From: Isurus oxyrinchus
Lineage: Eukaryota
Length of the DNA: 64,000 bases
Direction: 5' to 3'
Assembly: GCA_026770705.1 (NCBI GenBank)
Contig: JANJGN010000009.1
Coordinates: forward strand, 35,526,001-35,590,000
Under the pieces are notes generated by a model. It was given only the letters and a program-made list of their open reading frames with translations, had not been told where the DNA came from and did no database searches. Positions 1 through 12,289 of the stretch are shown in pieces. Position numbers and translations under genes: made by a program. Numbering within the stretch: position 1 is the stretch's first letter; the number at the start of each line of letters is the position of its first letter.

Positions 1-759
1 GATGTTTACTAGTGTGCCACTGGGATCAGTGCTGGAGCCTCAACTTAATACAATTTATATAAATGACTTTGATGAAGGGACTGAAGGAATTGTTGCTAAA
101 TTTGCTGATGACGCAAAGATTAGTGAAAAAGTCAATTGTGAAGAGGACATAAGAAGGCTACAAAGTGACATAGATAGGTTAGGTGAGTGTCAAAGATCTG
201 GCAAATGGAGTATAGTGTGGGCAAATGTAAAATTGTTCAGTTTGGCAGGAAGACTAAAAAAGAAGCTTATTATCTAACTGGTGAGAAATTGGGGGGCTCT
301 GAGATTCGAGGGATCTGGGTATCCTACTGTATGAATCGCAAGAGGCTAGTATGCAGGTACAGCACATAATTAGGAAAGCTAACAGAATGTTATCATTAAT
401 TGTGAGGGGAGTTGATTACAAAAATAGGAAGGTTATGCTTCAGTTGCACAGGGCTTTGATGAGACTACATCTGGATGTTCTGTACAGTACTGATCTCGTT
501 ATTTAAAGAAAGATGTAACAGCGTTAGAAGCAGTTCTGAGAAGTGTTAGACTAATACCAGGAATGGGTGGGTTGTCTTATGAGTAAAGGCTGGACAGGTT
601 AGGCTTGTATCCACTACAATTTAGTAGAGTAAGAGGTGACTTAATCGAAACCTTTCAGATCGCAGGTATCTTGACAGGGTGGATGTGGAGAGGATGTTTC
701 TTCCTTTGGGAGAATCTAGAACTAGGGGTCACTGTTTAAAAGTAAGGGGTCACCCTTTT
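1..759 (+). mobile_element. CR1-type LINE (family A), RT C-terminal fragment, left part
   Basis: Translates to VPLGSVLEPQL..IYINDFD..KFADDAK..LQSDIDRL, then WQMEYSVGKCKIVQFGRK (CR1 RT motifs) with frameshifts. Breaks at ggggtcaccctttt and resumes at 4751. Confidence 0.9.
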
Positions 760-879
760 ATAAAAATTCATTTACACGATATGGGTTTCGCTGGCTGGGC
801 CAGCATTTATTGCCCATCCCTGGCTGCCCTTGAGAAAGTCGTGGTAAGCTGCCTTCTTCAACTGCTGCAGTCCATGTGT

Positions 880-1220
880 AGATGATGGCGTAGTGGTATT
901 GTCGCTGGACTAGTAATCCAGAGGCTCAGGATAACGCTCTGGGGACCTGGGTTTGAATTTGAATTCAATAAAAGTCTGGAATTAAAAGTCTAATGACGAT
1001 CATGAAACCATTATCGATTGCTGTAAAAACTGATCTGGTTCACTAATGTCCTTTAGGGAAGGAAATCTGCTGTCCTTACCTGGTCTGGCTTACATGTGAC
1101 TCCAGACCCACAGCAATGTGGTTGACCCTTAAAAATGCCATCTGAACAAGGGCAATTAGGGATGGGCAATAATGCTGGCCTAGCTAGTGATGCCCACATC
1201 TCATGAATGAATACAAAAAA
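880..1220 (+). mobile_element. tRNA-derived SINE inserted in the family-B LINE 3' region
   Basis: A-box TGGCGTAGTGG and B-box-like GGGTTTGAAT. Body homologous to copies at 24533 and 34193. Tail agggatgggcaat...cccacatctcatgaatgaat plus A-run. Confidence 0.88.
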
Positions 1221-3492
1221 CACCACAGTACTGTTAGGAAGGGAGTTCCAGGATTTTGAACCAGTGACAGTGAAGGAACACCAATATATTTCCAAGCCAT
1301 GATGGTGAGTAACTTGGAGAGGAACTTCCAGGTGGTGGTGTTCCCGTCTATCTGCTGCCTTTGTCCTTCTAGATGGTAGAGGTTGTGGGTTTGGAAATTG
1401 TTGTCTAAGAAGCCTTGGTGAATTCCTGCAGTGCATCATGTAGATGGTTCACTCTTTTGCTACTGTGCGTCGGTGGTGGGGGAAGTGGATATTTGTGGAT
1501 GTGGTGCTAATCAAGCGGGCTGCATTGCCCTGGATGGTGACAAGCTTCTTGAGTGTTGTGGGAGCTTCATTCATCCACGCAAGTGGGGGGCTAATCCATC
1601 ACACAGCTGACTCGTGCCTTATAGATGGTGGACAGGCTTTGGGGGGGGTCACAAGGTGAGCTAGTCATTGCAAGATTCCTAGCCCCTGACCCGCTTTTGT
1701 AGCCATGGTATTTATACGGCTAGTCCAGTTCAATTTCTGGTCAATGGTAACCCCCAGGATGTTGATAGTGGGGGACGCAGTGATGGTAATGCCATTGAAC
1801 ATCAAGGGATGATGGTTAGATTCTCTCTTGTTAGCGATGGTCATTGCTTGGCAATTGTGTGGTGCGAATGTTACTTGCCATTTGTCATCCCAAGCCTGGA
1901 TATTGTCCAAGTCTTGCTGCATTTGGACATGGGCTGCTTCAGTATCTGAGGAGTAGCAAATGGTGCTGAATTTTGTGCAATCATCAGCGAACATCCCCAC
2001 TTCTGACCACATGATGGAAGGAAAGTTATTGATGAAGCAGCTGAAGGTTGTTGGGCTGAGGACACTACCTTGATGAACTCCTGCAATGTTGTCCAGAGGT
2101 GAGGTGACTGACCAATAACCACAACCATCTTCCTTTGTGATTGGTATGACTCCAACCAGTGGAGAGTTTTCCCCCTGATTTCCATTGATTCTAGTTTTTC
2201 TAGGGCTCTTTGATGCCACACTCAGTCAAATGCGGCCTTGACATCAAAGGCAGTCACTCTCACCTCACCTGGGGAGTTCAGCTCTTTTGTCCATGTTTGA
2301 ACCAAGGCTGTAATGAGGTCAGGAGCTAATGGCGCTGGCGGAACCCAAACAGTGAACACGCTATTGCTAAGCAAGTGTCGCTTGATAGAACTGTTGATGA
2401 CCCCTTCCATTACTTTACTGATGATCAAGAGAAGACTGATGGAGCAGTAATTGGCCGGGTTGGATTTATCCTGCTTTTTGTGCATTGGACGTATGTGGCA
2501 ATTTTCCACATAATCAGGCAGGTGCCAGTGTTATTGCTGTACTGGAACAGCTTAGCTAGGGGTGCGCCAAGTTCCGGAACACAAATCTTCAGTACTACTG
2601 CTGGAATATTGTCAGGGCCCGTAACCTTTGCACTATTCAATGCCTTTAGCCGCTTCTTGATATCATGTGGAGTGAATTGAATTGAAGACTGGCATCTGTG
2701 ATGCTGGGGACCTCTGGAGGAGGCTGAGATGGATCATCCACTCAGCACTTCTGGTTGAAAATTGTAGCAAATACATCAGCCTTATCTTTTGCACTGATGT
2801 GCTGTGCTCCCCATCATTCAGGATGGGGATATTTGTGGAGTTGTTTAATTGTCCACCACCATTCATGACTGGATGTGGCAGGACTGCAGAGCTTAGATCT
2901 GATCTGCTGGTTGTGGGATAACTTAACTCTGTATATCACTTGCTGCTTGTGCTGTTTGGCATGCAAGTAGTCCTGTATTATAGCTTCACCAAGTTGACAT
3001 CTCATTTTTAGGTATGCCTGGTGCTGCTCCTGGCATGCCCTCCTGAACTCTTCATTGAATTAGAGCTGATCCTCTGGCTTCATGGTAATAGTAGAGTTGG
3101 GGATATGCCAGGCCATAAGTTTACAGATTGTGTTCGGGTACAATTCTGCAGCTGCTGATGGCCCACAGCGCCTCATGGATGCCCAGTCTTAAGTTGCTAG
3201 TTGAGTTTGAAATCTATCCCATTTACCATGGTGGTAGTGCTACACAACGCGATGGAGGGTAACCTCAGTGTGAAGGCCGGACTTCTTCTCCGCAATGACT
3301 GTGCGGTAGTCATTCTTACTGATACGGTCATGGACAGATGCATCTGCGGCAGGCAAGTTGGTGAGAATGAGGTCAAGAATGTTTAATCCCTCTTGTTGGT
3401 TCCCTCACCACCTGCTGCAGACTCAATCTAGCAGCTATGTCCTTTAGGACTTGGCCAGTTCGGTCAGTAGTAGTGCTACTGAGCCACTCTTG

Positions 3493-3909
3493 GGCCTGAA
3501 CTTTTAGCTCCGCAGGTGGGCTCGATCGGCGGCCCTGTGACCACCCGGGATGATAAAAATGCTGCCCACATATTATCAATTTTATTTTATTTAACAACGG
3601 AATCCTCTGCCCACCCTTGGATGAGGTTTCATGAAAAATGTAAAGACTGCCTGGCCGATTTGCCCATCCGACAACCTTAAGGTTGGACGGGCGATGAGAA
3701 ATAGAAGACAGTTATGCCATTCATGTACCTAATTGCCCTCTTAATTGTCATCGGATGCGCACAAAAGTTGGAAGTGCACCCACTGACAATATTGTGAAAT
3801 ATCGCGCAAGTGTGCAATGATGTCGGCATGCTCACTCATCGTCATCTCATGTGATTTCATGCCTGATCAGGTAGGGTGCGTGCTCGCCCAACCTATGTAA
3901 ATTCAGCCA
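3493..3909. mobile_element. Harbinger-type MITE (internally deleted member of the ~690-bp family) inserted in the LINE
   Basis: Termini ggcctgaactt / aaattcagcca. TTG duplicated on both sides. Removing it restores gagccactcttggtaatggac. Confidence 0.75.
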
Positions 3910-4750
3910 TTGGTAATGGACATTAAAGTCTCCCACCCAGAGTACATTCTGTGACCCTGCCACCCTCAGTACTTCCTCCAAGTGATGTTCAACATGGAGG
4001 AGCACTGATTCATTAGCTGAGAGAGAGTGGTATGTTGTAATCAGCAGAAGGTTTCCTTGCCCATGTTTGAGCTGGTGCCATGAGACTCCAGAGTTGATGT
4101 TGAGGACTCCCAGGGCAATTCCCTCCCTACTGTATACCACTGTGCTGCCACCTCTGCTGGGTCTGCCCTGCCGATGGGACAGGACCTACCCAGGGATAAT
4201 AATGGCGGTGTCTGGAACGTTATCTGTAAGGAGTATGAAGATAATAGTCATCCATGAGGGTGACTATGTCAGACTGTTGCTGGACTAGTCTACGAGACAG
4301 CTCTCCTGATTTTGGTATTAAACCCCAGGCATTCGTGTGGATGAATTTGCAGGGTCAACAGGGCTGATTGCCATTGTTGTTTCCAGTGCCTAGGTCGATG
4401 TTGAGTGATCCATCCGGTTTCATTCCTTTTTTGTGACTTTGCAGCGGTTTGTTACAACTGAGTGGCTTACTAGGCCATTTCAGGGGCATTTAAGAGTCAA
4501 CCAATTTGCTGTGGGCCTGGAATCATATGTCGGCCAAACCAGGTAAGGACGACAGATTTCCTTCCCTAAAGGACATTAGTGAACCAGATGGGCTTTTACA
4601 ACAATCGACAATGGTTTCATGGTCATCATTAGACTTTTATTCCAGATTTTTAAAAATTATTGAATTCAACCATGGTGGTATCACCCAGGGCATCAACCTG
4701 GGTCTCTGGATTACTAGTCCAGTGACAATTCCACTATGCCATCGCCTCTC

Positions 4751-5005
4751 CAAGACAGAGATGAGAATTTTTTTCTTTCGTGAGCTATGAGTCTTTGGAA
4801 CTCTCTTCCTCAAAAGGCAGTGGAAACAGAGTCTTTGAATATTTTTGAGGCAGAGGTAGATAGATTCTTGATTAACAAGGGGGTGAAAGGTTATCGGGGG
4901 GTAGATAGGAATGTGGGGTTGAGGTTACATTCAGACCAGCCATGATCTTATTGAATGGCAGAGCAGGCTCGAGGGGCTGAGTGGCCAACTCCTGCTCCTA
5001 ATTCA
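4751..5005 (+). mobile_element. CR1-type LINE (family A) 3' end, continuation of 1-759
   Basis: caagacagagatgagaatttttt continues the interrupted sequence. Ends in a CR1-type 3' tail (gaatggcagagcaggctcgaggggctgagtggccaactcctgctcctaattc). Confidence 0.85.
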
Positions 5006-5607
5006 TATTTTTATATATGTGTAAGTAAATGCAGATGCGCAGTTAATTGTGAACATCAGAAGTTGCTGATTGTGATACACCGCTCCCCATAAACTTTGTG
5101 AAAGCAGCATTTTGCCATCTCGCTCTTCATGAATTCTATTGAACAGCATGATGTTCCTGTACCAGCAAGCTAGATATAGAATAAACCTGGCACAGAACAA
5201 AATAATGTGTCCAATTTAGTCTAAGTACACATTTAAATACCGTTACAGGTCTCAATTATTGCCAAACAACCACACTGACACTGAAAATTAACTTAACAAG
5301 TATGGAGGATCATTCCTTTATACTATAATTCTTGTTGGATATTTTTCTCATACCATTCCCAGATGTCCTCTAGCGGGTGCCAAATTATTTGGATCCCAAA
5401 CCTACAACAACTTACAGTGCAAAAAACTCAGAGAAATTAAATTGGCAAAGGCAAGTTCATTCCTTCACCACTTAAGAGTAAATTCTGGATCATTATATTC
5501 CTGAATTGGGAAGGAAGATCTCTGTAAAACTAAAGCAAGTAAGCCATTACATTTTATGTGAAATGGTTGGAACAGGGATTTAATGTCAATTGTGAAGTAT
5601 AATGTAT

Positions 5608-6273
5608 GGGCTAGATTTACCACCCCGCCAATGTTTTTGAAGGTGGGTGGGCATGTTAAATTCAGTGGACACCATGCCTGCCATCTACCTGGCTAAACCG
5701 ACCTGCTACAAATTTATCTGTGGAAATGGAGTTGTCTGGTGATCCATCTACTCTTGGGCCACATGAGGCCCTTAAGTGAGCAATTAATGCCCACTTAAGG
5801 GCCTCATCAGCCACAGCTGGGATTTAACCAGTGGGAGTAGAGGCTCACACCAATCGCTCAGTCCAACAGATTTCCTTGCTTGGGCAGGTGTAAGGCAGGG
5901 GAGGGATCCCTCCTTAATGGGCACCCTAAACCCCTGCCAGTTTGGCCCCAGTGAGACCCCAGACTCACTTGCAATGGTCCTGTGCAGCACACCATCCTTC
6001 AGGCATTACTGCAGTAGTGGCAGAGGCCACTGTTTCTGGTGGCACTGTCAGTACAAGAGAGCTGCTGGCTCTGATTGGCTGGTGGCTCTCTGAAGGGGAC
6101 TTCCTGTTCCTGAAGGGCAGAAGTCCCGCCTCAACCCGATTAATGGCCACCATTCAGCCGTTAGATAGCTGTGGATGAACTAGGAGAATCATTGGTGGGT
6201 TCCCTCCCAAACCCCAGCTAGGGTTTTTTTAGTTAGGGGAGCATGGAATGCAGCACCTTCTTAAATCCAGTCT
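5608..6273. mobile_element. Harbinger-type non-autonomous element (~670 bp)
   Basis: Termini gggctagattta / taaatccagtct with flanks tat/cat. Shares gagctgctggc and ttaagtg/cacttaag motifs with 56992-57657. Confidence 0.6.
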
Positions 6274-6689
6274 CATGTATATGTCAAGGTTTGTAACTAC
6301 CAGTGATGTAAATCATCTTATCCTTGCTTCAGTTTTGCTCCTGTTCTCTCCTGAAGATACTGAATCATTCTGAAAACTGGATTAATCAGTGGTTAACCCT
6401 TGGTACCTTATCCATGTACTCTGAGAGCCTAAATAGTGAATGTCAGCTCATTATGATTTAAAGGGCATATTGTAGCTAAACCAGCTTCAGCCTGTATGAA
6501 TCCAAGTGCACACAGTGGCACACACGAACACCTTCAGCCTTTATGTTTGAATCCAACCTAATTATTGTTGTGGACTCACATTCACACTCAACTCTGAAGT
6601 CCCATAAATTAGAAGTGTCATTCTGAGCTTATTTTATTCTTATTAATTATCAGGATCTGGGTGTCACTGGCAATTTATTGTCCATTTCT

Positions 6690-6842
6690 AAAAGCATAAT
6701 GCCGCAGATGCTGAAAATCTGAATCAAAGACAGAAAACTGTGGAAATACTCAGCAGGTTTGCTGGCGAATGTGGAGAGAGAAATAGAGTTAATGTTTCAT
6801 AGAGAGAGAAATAGAGTTAATGACCTTTGATCTGATGAAAGG
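6690..6842. mobile_element. Penelope-like terminal fragment
   Basis: gcagatgctgaaaatctgaa...actcagcagg...ctgatgaaagg is homologous to the end of the 10805 copy. Confidence 0.6.
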
Positions 6843-7817
6843 TTGGTTTTCTAATACCCACAACACAAGGGTGGCTAATATAGAAAATAGAAATGGCATT
6901 GCCAGAATACTGAGGAATTCTTTCTGAGCTTACAATTAAAGATTGCTGTTGAAGGTAACTATAGAGGGAGCTTTATTCAGAATTCGATATTGATTATACC
7001 TAACGTGGGAGTATTGATACAGACACTATGATCTTAATTTTCATGGGGACGGATAGGAGGTCTCTGGTTTAGCCAAAATGGTGCCACAGCCCTGATTCCA
7101 GAAGGCCCACCGATGAATCCGGCAACTCCCATGGAGACCGGGGGAATGGGGACGGGTCATAATTTTCACAAACATGGTTCTTGGAGATGGCTGCACATCT
7201 GTAAAAGTGCAACTGCCTTCAAACAGATCCTCCTTTCTGTCAACACGACTTGTGGGCTTTACTTGTGTGACTGGTGACAAATATTAGAACATCTGGGGCA
7301 CCTTCTCCCGAGTCAGGCTTCCCGACTCTGTGGTCCTGACCCGGAAGCAAATATCCAAGCCTAATCTCCAAATCTGATAGTCCTCACCATGATGTCACAA
7401 AAAATTAACAGAAAATAAACCTGAAAAATTGGAAAATATCTTGATGATTTCATAGGATTCCCTTGGTTTAATCCTGTACATTTACACAGATACTAGTTTG
7501 GAACCTTCAGCAAAAATATTAATTCAATTCACACAAACCACTTGATGCTTCTTTAACTTGGGGAGTCAAGTTTATATTTCAAGTGGTTCTACATTTAAAG
7601 ATAATCTCTGTAATTCCTGACTCCATGAAACAACCAACCATTTCTACCATCAAAATAAATGGCTTAACTTTTCCTGCTGGAGTGTTTTTGGTTCAATGCA
7701 CTTAAGAATCCGAGTATTGATCACAAAATGCAACCAGATAAAAGAAAGATATGAGTCTGAAGGTTGAAGCAAAAAACAACAACCTTAAGTGTTTACTCAT
7801 CATTTTACCACATCCTT

Positions 7818-8120
7818 GGGAGAAATTTTTACGTTGTCGGGTGGGAGGGCCCAGGAGTGACTGTACAATGGTCCTCCATCCACAATCGGGCATCGACTGT
7901 GATTTCATGCCAGCTGGTCAATTAATGACCAGCCGTCATGAAACACAAGCTGATAACATCAGCGCTGCCTGGGTGGGGTCAGAAGGAGCGCAAGCGCTGA
8001 AGTATGCGCATGCACGTGGGTACGCTCAGTGAAAGCTCTCTGAAGACACAAAGCTACCCCAAGGAACCTAAGATTTTTAACATTGAATATAAAGATGTCA
8101 AAAATAAGGAAAACATAACT
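7818..8120. mobile_element. Partial ~690-bp Harbinger MITE
   Basis: Begins gggagaaatttt. Homologous to the left part of the 9604 copy (atttcatgccagctggtcaattaa, cagcgctgcctgg). Confidence 0.55.
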
Positions 8121-8384
8121 GGTTAAGGCGATACAGAGTTGCTTGCGCTATTCACAAAGATCCCAGATCCTCCTGAGAGGATGCTAAACCCACAGGGAGT
8201 TTGCAAGTTACAATGAAAAATCCCACAGGACGTCTGTGGGCAAACGTCGGTATAATCGGCGGGATTTTCCACACCCTCCCGTGATCTTCCGGACCCGCTG
8301 AAAGTCACTGGACTTCTGGCTGGGGCACCGCCTCACCCACAGCGTGTCCCACCCGCAACAGGGCCGGAAAATCCCGCTGAGGAT

Positions 8385-8520
8385 TGTTGGCCAGTTTACT
8401 AGGAGAATTCTTCCGTCATCTTGTATAGGGCCATGGAATCTTTTATGTCTACTAAACAGGAGACTCAGCTTCACATCTCATCCAAAGAACAGCACCTCCA
8501 GCAATGCAGCACTCATTAAT
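8385..8520 (-). mobile_element. Diverged Deu-domain-like SINE fragment
   Basis: ggaatcttttatgtctac...catctcatccaaagaacagcacctccagcaatgcagcactc resembles the Deu-domain SINE core as I recall it. A similar fragment lies at 49600. Confidence 0.45.
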
Positions 8521-8547
8521 ACTTAAAAACTATTACACTTAAACTTT

Positions 8548-8665
8548 TCCCAGTTCTGATGAAAGGTCACAAAATGTTAACTCTGTTTCTCTATCCACAG
8601 ATGTTGCAAGGCCTACTGAGTGTTACCACAATCTTCTGTTTTTATTTCAGATTTCCAGCAACCAC
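8548..8665. mobile_element. Penelope-like terminal fragment
   Basis: cagttctgatgaaaggtcac...gttaactctgtttctct...cagatttccagca is the reverse complement of the 10805-type end. Confidence 0.6.
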
Positions 8666-8667
8666 AG

Positions 8668-8970
8668 TTTTTTTTTATTCATTGGATGTGGACATTGCTG
8701 GCTAGGCCAGAGTTTATTGCCCATCCCTAATTGCCTTGAGAAGATGGTGGTGAGCTGCCTTTCTGATCTGCTGCAGTCAATGTGGTGTTGGGAAGGTAGT
8801 TCATTCCTTTTTAGACTTTTTAGCAGATTGATACACCTGAGTGGCTTGCTAAGCCATTTCAGAAGGCAGTTAAGAGTCATTGCTGTGGGTCTGGAGTTAC
8901 ATCTCGACCAGATCAGGTAAGGACAGCAGATTTCCTTCCCTAAGGGACATCAGTGAACCAGATTGGGCTT
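8668..8970 (-). mobile_element. Internally deleted derivative of the family-B LINE (SINE-type 5' segment + LINE 3' tail)
   Basis: On the minus strand the SINE body runs into gtatcaatctgctaaaaagtctaaaaaggaatgaa (like the LINE 5' region at ~4420-4455), then jumps to the LINE 3' tail. Confidence 0.75.
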
Positions 8971-9114
8971 GTTAGTACAGTTCTGACATGCCAGTCTAAT
9001 AATATTATGGTGTGCAGTTATGTTATGGCACAAGTGATGGCAAATGCTTAGCTGCTCAAATCCCAGAGAGAAACTTGAAACAACTGCCACAACTGTTTTG
9101 CAATTTGTAAAAGT

Positions 9115-10426
9115 TTCGAGATGCGTGCCTTGAATTCAATAGTAATAAGACCACCAAGTCTTACAGTTATCTTACAAAACTAAATTAAACCTTTATTAAT
9201 AGAAGAAATGATTTTAATTCTACAAATTACTACCATGATAGCTTATAAATACCCTAGTTAATCTAACTTCCAGTTACACCTTTGTTAAGACAACAATAAA
9301 ACATTTAGATTTTAAAAGACCCAGGCAAAGAAACACGATGCCCTGAACAATCCAGTTCAAAGTGAGTTTCCTTAATTTGTAGCCAGCAGCTTGAGGATTA
9401 GATGCTGGAGGCTTAATCACACTGGTTTTAGATCTTAGAATTCTTTCTCTTACACTACACCTTCTCTCCTTTATACATGTTTTCCCCTTTGAATGCAAAT
9501 TCCCATTGTTTCATTATGTCTTTGGACCTTTACCTCTCTAATAATAAAAAAATCTATCATAGTACCAATTTTACCAGTAATCTTTGGGAAAAAAATAAAC
9601 ATTGGGCACAATTTTGCCCATGGCATGCGGGCTTGGCGGGGATGGGCGGGGGTGGTCGGGAAGCGACCGTCGCCTGCGATTGGGCCTGGAAGGCAATTTC
9701 ACACTGGCGGACCAATTAAGGCCCGCCCAGTGTGAAATGCAAGCGGCAGCGCTCAGTGCTGCCTGTGCAGATGGAGGGAGGAGTGTGAGCCAGGCAAACG
9801 CAATCTTCGTGCGTGCGGGTGAGTGTGTGCTACATAATCTCCCTGAGGCAGAGAGTTGTCTCGGGGAAATGAACTGATTTTGGATAAAAAATCAAAGATC
9901 TTAGAAATTTCATGACTCAGTCACATGAGCAGGGACATGTTTTTAATTCAATTTTTAAATTTTACGTGATTTTTATTTTCCTTTAGGAAACCTCATCCCA
10001 CCCATGGATGAGGCATCCTAAAAAATGTAAAGGCCACTTGCCCACCAACCGTTAGTAAATTTCAATTTAATTAACTTTTTAATGGCCTTAATAAGCCTTT
10101 TAATTGTCAGCGGGCAAGCTGCTGACTACAGCACATGCCTACTGAACAAAATATCGCGTGACTGTGTGATGACATCGGTACACTTGCCCAATGTTATCAC
10201 GCATCATTTTATGCTCGGCCAAGTCCCGCATGCATATACCCGCTGAGTGTAGTTTTCTGTTTACTGTTTCTTAACATCTCCTTGCTAGGTAAAACATTGC
10301 ACCCCTCCTTTGAATTCAAGCTAATCTAGTTTATTTAAAATGCAAATGTTCCTTTTACACCTACGTTTACCGACTTAACATTTCAAACCTAGCTTATCTT
10401 CTGTTACATCAAAGCCTTCAGATCAG
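9115..10426 (-). mobile_element. LTR-like repeat fragment interrupted by a MITE, running into the gap
   Basis: AT-rich with a minus-strand AATAAA (ctttatt). Start loosely resembles 60110-60230. Sequence appears to continue across the MITE. Confidence 0.35.
9604..10262. mobile_element. ~690-bp Harbinger-type MITE
   Basis: Left TIR gggcacaatttt and central hairpin aacctcatcc...ggatgagg. Homologous to the 29664, 43757 and 44744 copies in the opposite orientation. Right TIR decayed. Confidence 0.75.
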
Positions 10427-10590
10427 NNNNNNNNNNNNNNNNNNNNNNNNNNNNNNNNNNNNNNNNNNNNNNNNNNNNNNNNNNNNNNNNNNNNNNNNNN
10501 NNNNNNNNNNNNNNNNNNNNNNNNNNNNNNNNNNNNNNNNNNNNNNNNNNNNNNNNNNNNNNNNNNNNNNNNNNNNNNNNNNNNNNNNNN
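10427..10590. other. Assembly gap (N run)
   Basis: 164 consecutive N. Confidence 1.
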
Positions 10591-10804
10591 ATTACTTAAC
10601 AATAAATTCCAATAACATTTGAAATTATGATACCTTCCTGGCAAGTTATGATATTACAATTTTGTAGGAGAACTGTTTTGAAGGTAAACCTTGGACTGAG
10701 TTTAAAGACTGTTTCAAAATGTCCAAACTACCAGACAGAATTGTGAATTTCAGACTGGGTCTCCTCTTCCAAGAGGACAAAAGACAATCCTTAATTATAA
10801 TAAA

Positions 10805-11378
10805 ATCAAAATACTGCGGATGCTGGAAATCCGAAGCAAAAACAAAAATAGCTGGAAAAACTCAGCAGGTTTGACAGCATCTGCGGAGAGGAACCCAGTT
10901 AACGTTTCGAGGTCCAAATGACTCTTCATCAGAACTAAGGAAATAGAGAAATGAGGTGAAATATAAGCTGGTTGAGGGGGGTGGGACAGGTAGAGATGCA
11001 TAGAGGGCCAGTGATAGGTGGAGGCAAACAAGAGATTGCCAAAGATGTCATAGACAAAAGGACAAAGGGATGTTGATGATGCAGATATTATCTAAGGAAT
11101 GTGCTAATGGTGACATTAAGGGTAGAAAGCAGGACAAGCATGTGGCAGATGGCCTTAGTGGGGGTGGAGTTGGGGGAAGGGATCGAAATAGGCTAAAAAA
11201 TGGAGATAATATGATAGATCGAAATAAATTTAAAATTAGGTGGGAAAAGAATTTTTTTTTAAAATATAAAACAATTGGAAAAAGGGGGATCGGAAAGGGG
11301 GTGGGGATGGAGGAGAGAGTTCATGATCTGAAGATGTTGAACTCAATGTTAAGTCCGGAAGTCTGTGCAGTGCCTATA
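10805..11378 (-). mobile_element. Penelope-like element 3' end (GIY-YIG C-terminus and downstream terminal region)
   Basis: Minus strand encodes ...SGLNIEFNIFRS*, the GLN motif typical of Penelope GIY-YIG ends. Second copy at 45830. Confidence 0.7.
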
Positions 11379-11730
11379 ATCCTTAATTATAGTTCACTGT
11401 AGTCATGTCGAGGAGATAATGAAGTTTTTGTTGACACCTAATTGTAAGAATATAAATGTTGCCCTGATCAGAACAAAAGATGAGAACCAGGGATGGGAGA
11501 AGGGCTGAAGTGTGGATGCCTTATATGGAAAGTGACTTGGCATTCTTGTACAGGTCTCATGATAACAGTGGCTATCTTTGCTTAACTGAAAGAAACATTG
11601 AAAAGGACAGGAAGCTGCCTACAATAAAGAGACCCATCTTGAAGAAACTTCAACTCATGGAGAGACAGAGAAAGGCATCTAGAAGCAGCCATGGCTACTG
11701 CTGTAAATAACTGGGCAATTTGAAAGTGTC

Positions 11731-11832
11731 AGTTCTGTTGAAGGGTATGAGGACTCGAAACGTCAACTCTTTTCTTCTCCGCCGATGCTGCCAGACCTGC
11801 TGAGTTTTTCCAGGTAATTCTGTTTTTGTTTT
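11731..11832. mobile_element. Penelope-like terminal fragment
   Basis: agttctgttgaagggtatgaggactcgaaacgtcaac...gacctgctgagtttttccagg is the inverse of 45830-45920. Confidence 0.65.
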
Positions 11833-12289
11833 GAAAGTGCCATGCCTGCAGAACCAGAAGAAAGCAACCTTCACACCTTCCTGTAAACCTGATTTCACAT
11901 GTGAAGCTCATTGTTAAAGCAACCTCCAGCAATACGACAGTCGAAGATATCGCAGCTGCAGAGACAACTCTACAATCTCAAGAACTTCACTTCAGACACA
12001 CATCTCAACTTCAAAACATATCAGGCACTGCACCAAAAATGAACTTAGCTTGATTCATGTTTATAAGTAATGTTTTATCTTCATTTGTAACTATTCTTCT
12101 TGTGTGTACGTGTTAGAACCTTTATCTTTTTTTAAGTCACTTTCAGAGTAATAGTGAAATTCGGAGTGAAATAAAGTAACCTGTTCCCTTGTAAGTAAAA
12201 TGGCTTTGTTGCTGGGTTACTTTTAAATTGAATTACTCACTCCAAGGGTAAAGCATATACATTCACAAACAAAAACATTGTTCTTTTTC

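Larger units (their letters stand above)
760..4750 (-). mobile_element. Near-full-length decayed CR1-group LINE (family B): endonuclease+RT pseudo-ORF, SINE-like 5' head, 3' tail at 760
   Basis: Minus-strand frames give the EN motif LWVGDFNVH, then KKQDKSNPANY, FDVKAAFD, GVHQGSVLSP, MFADDCT, WDDKWQVTFAPHNCQ and ILGVTIDQKLNW. Many stops and frameshifts. Inserted within family-A CR1. Confidence 0.88.
10591..12285 (+). mobile_element. LTR-like repeat interrupted by Penelope fragments
   Basis: The 3' part (aaataaa...gctgggttacttttaaattg...cactccaagggt) resembles the 3' part of the solo LTR at 36389-37361. Confidence 0.4.

Noticed and set aside
1665-2219. 184-aa ORF as a functional reverse transcriptase or retron-like system
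   Set aside because: It is one frameshifted piece of a decayed LINE ORF.
10423-10644. ORF containing an X run
   Set aside because: Artefact of the assembly gap.
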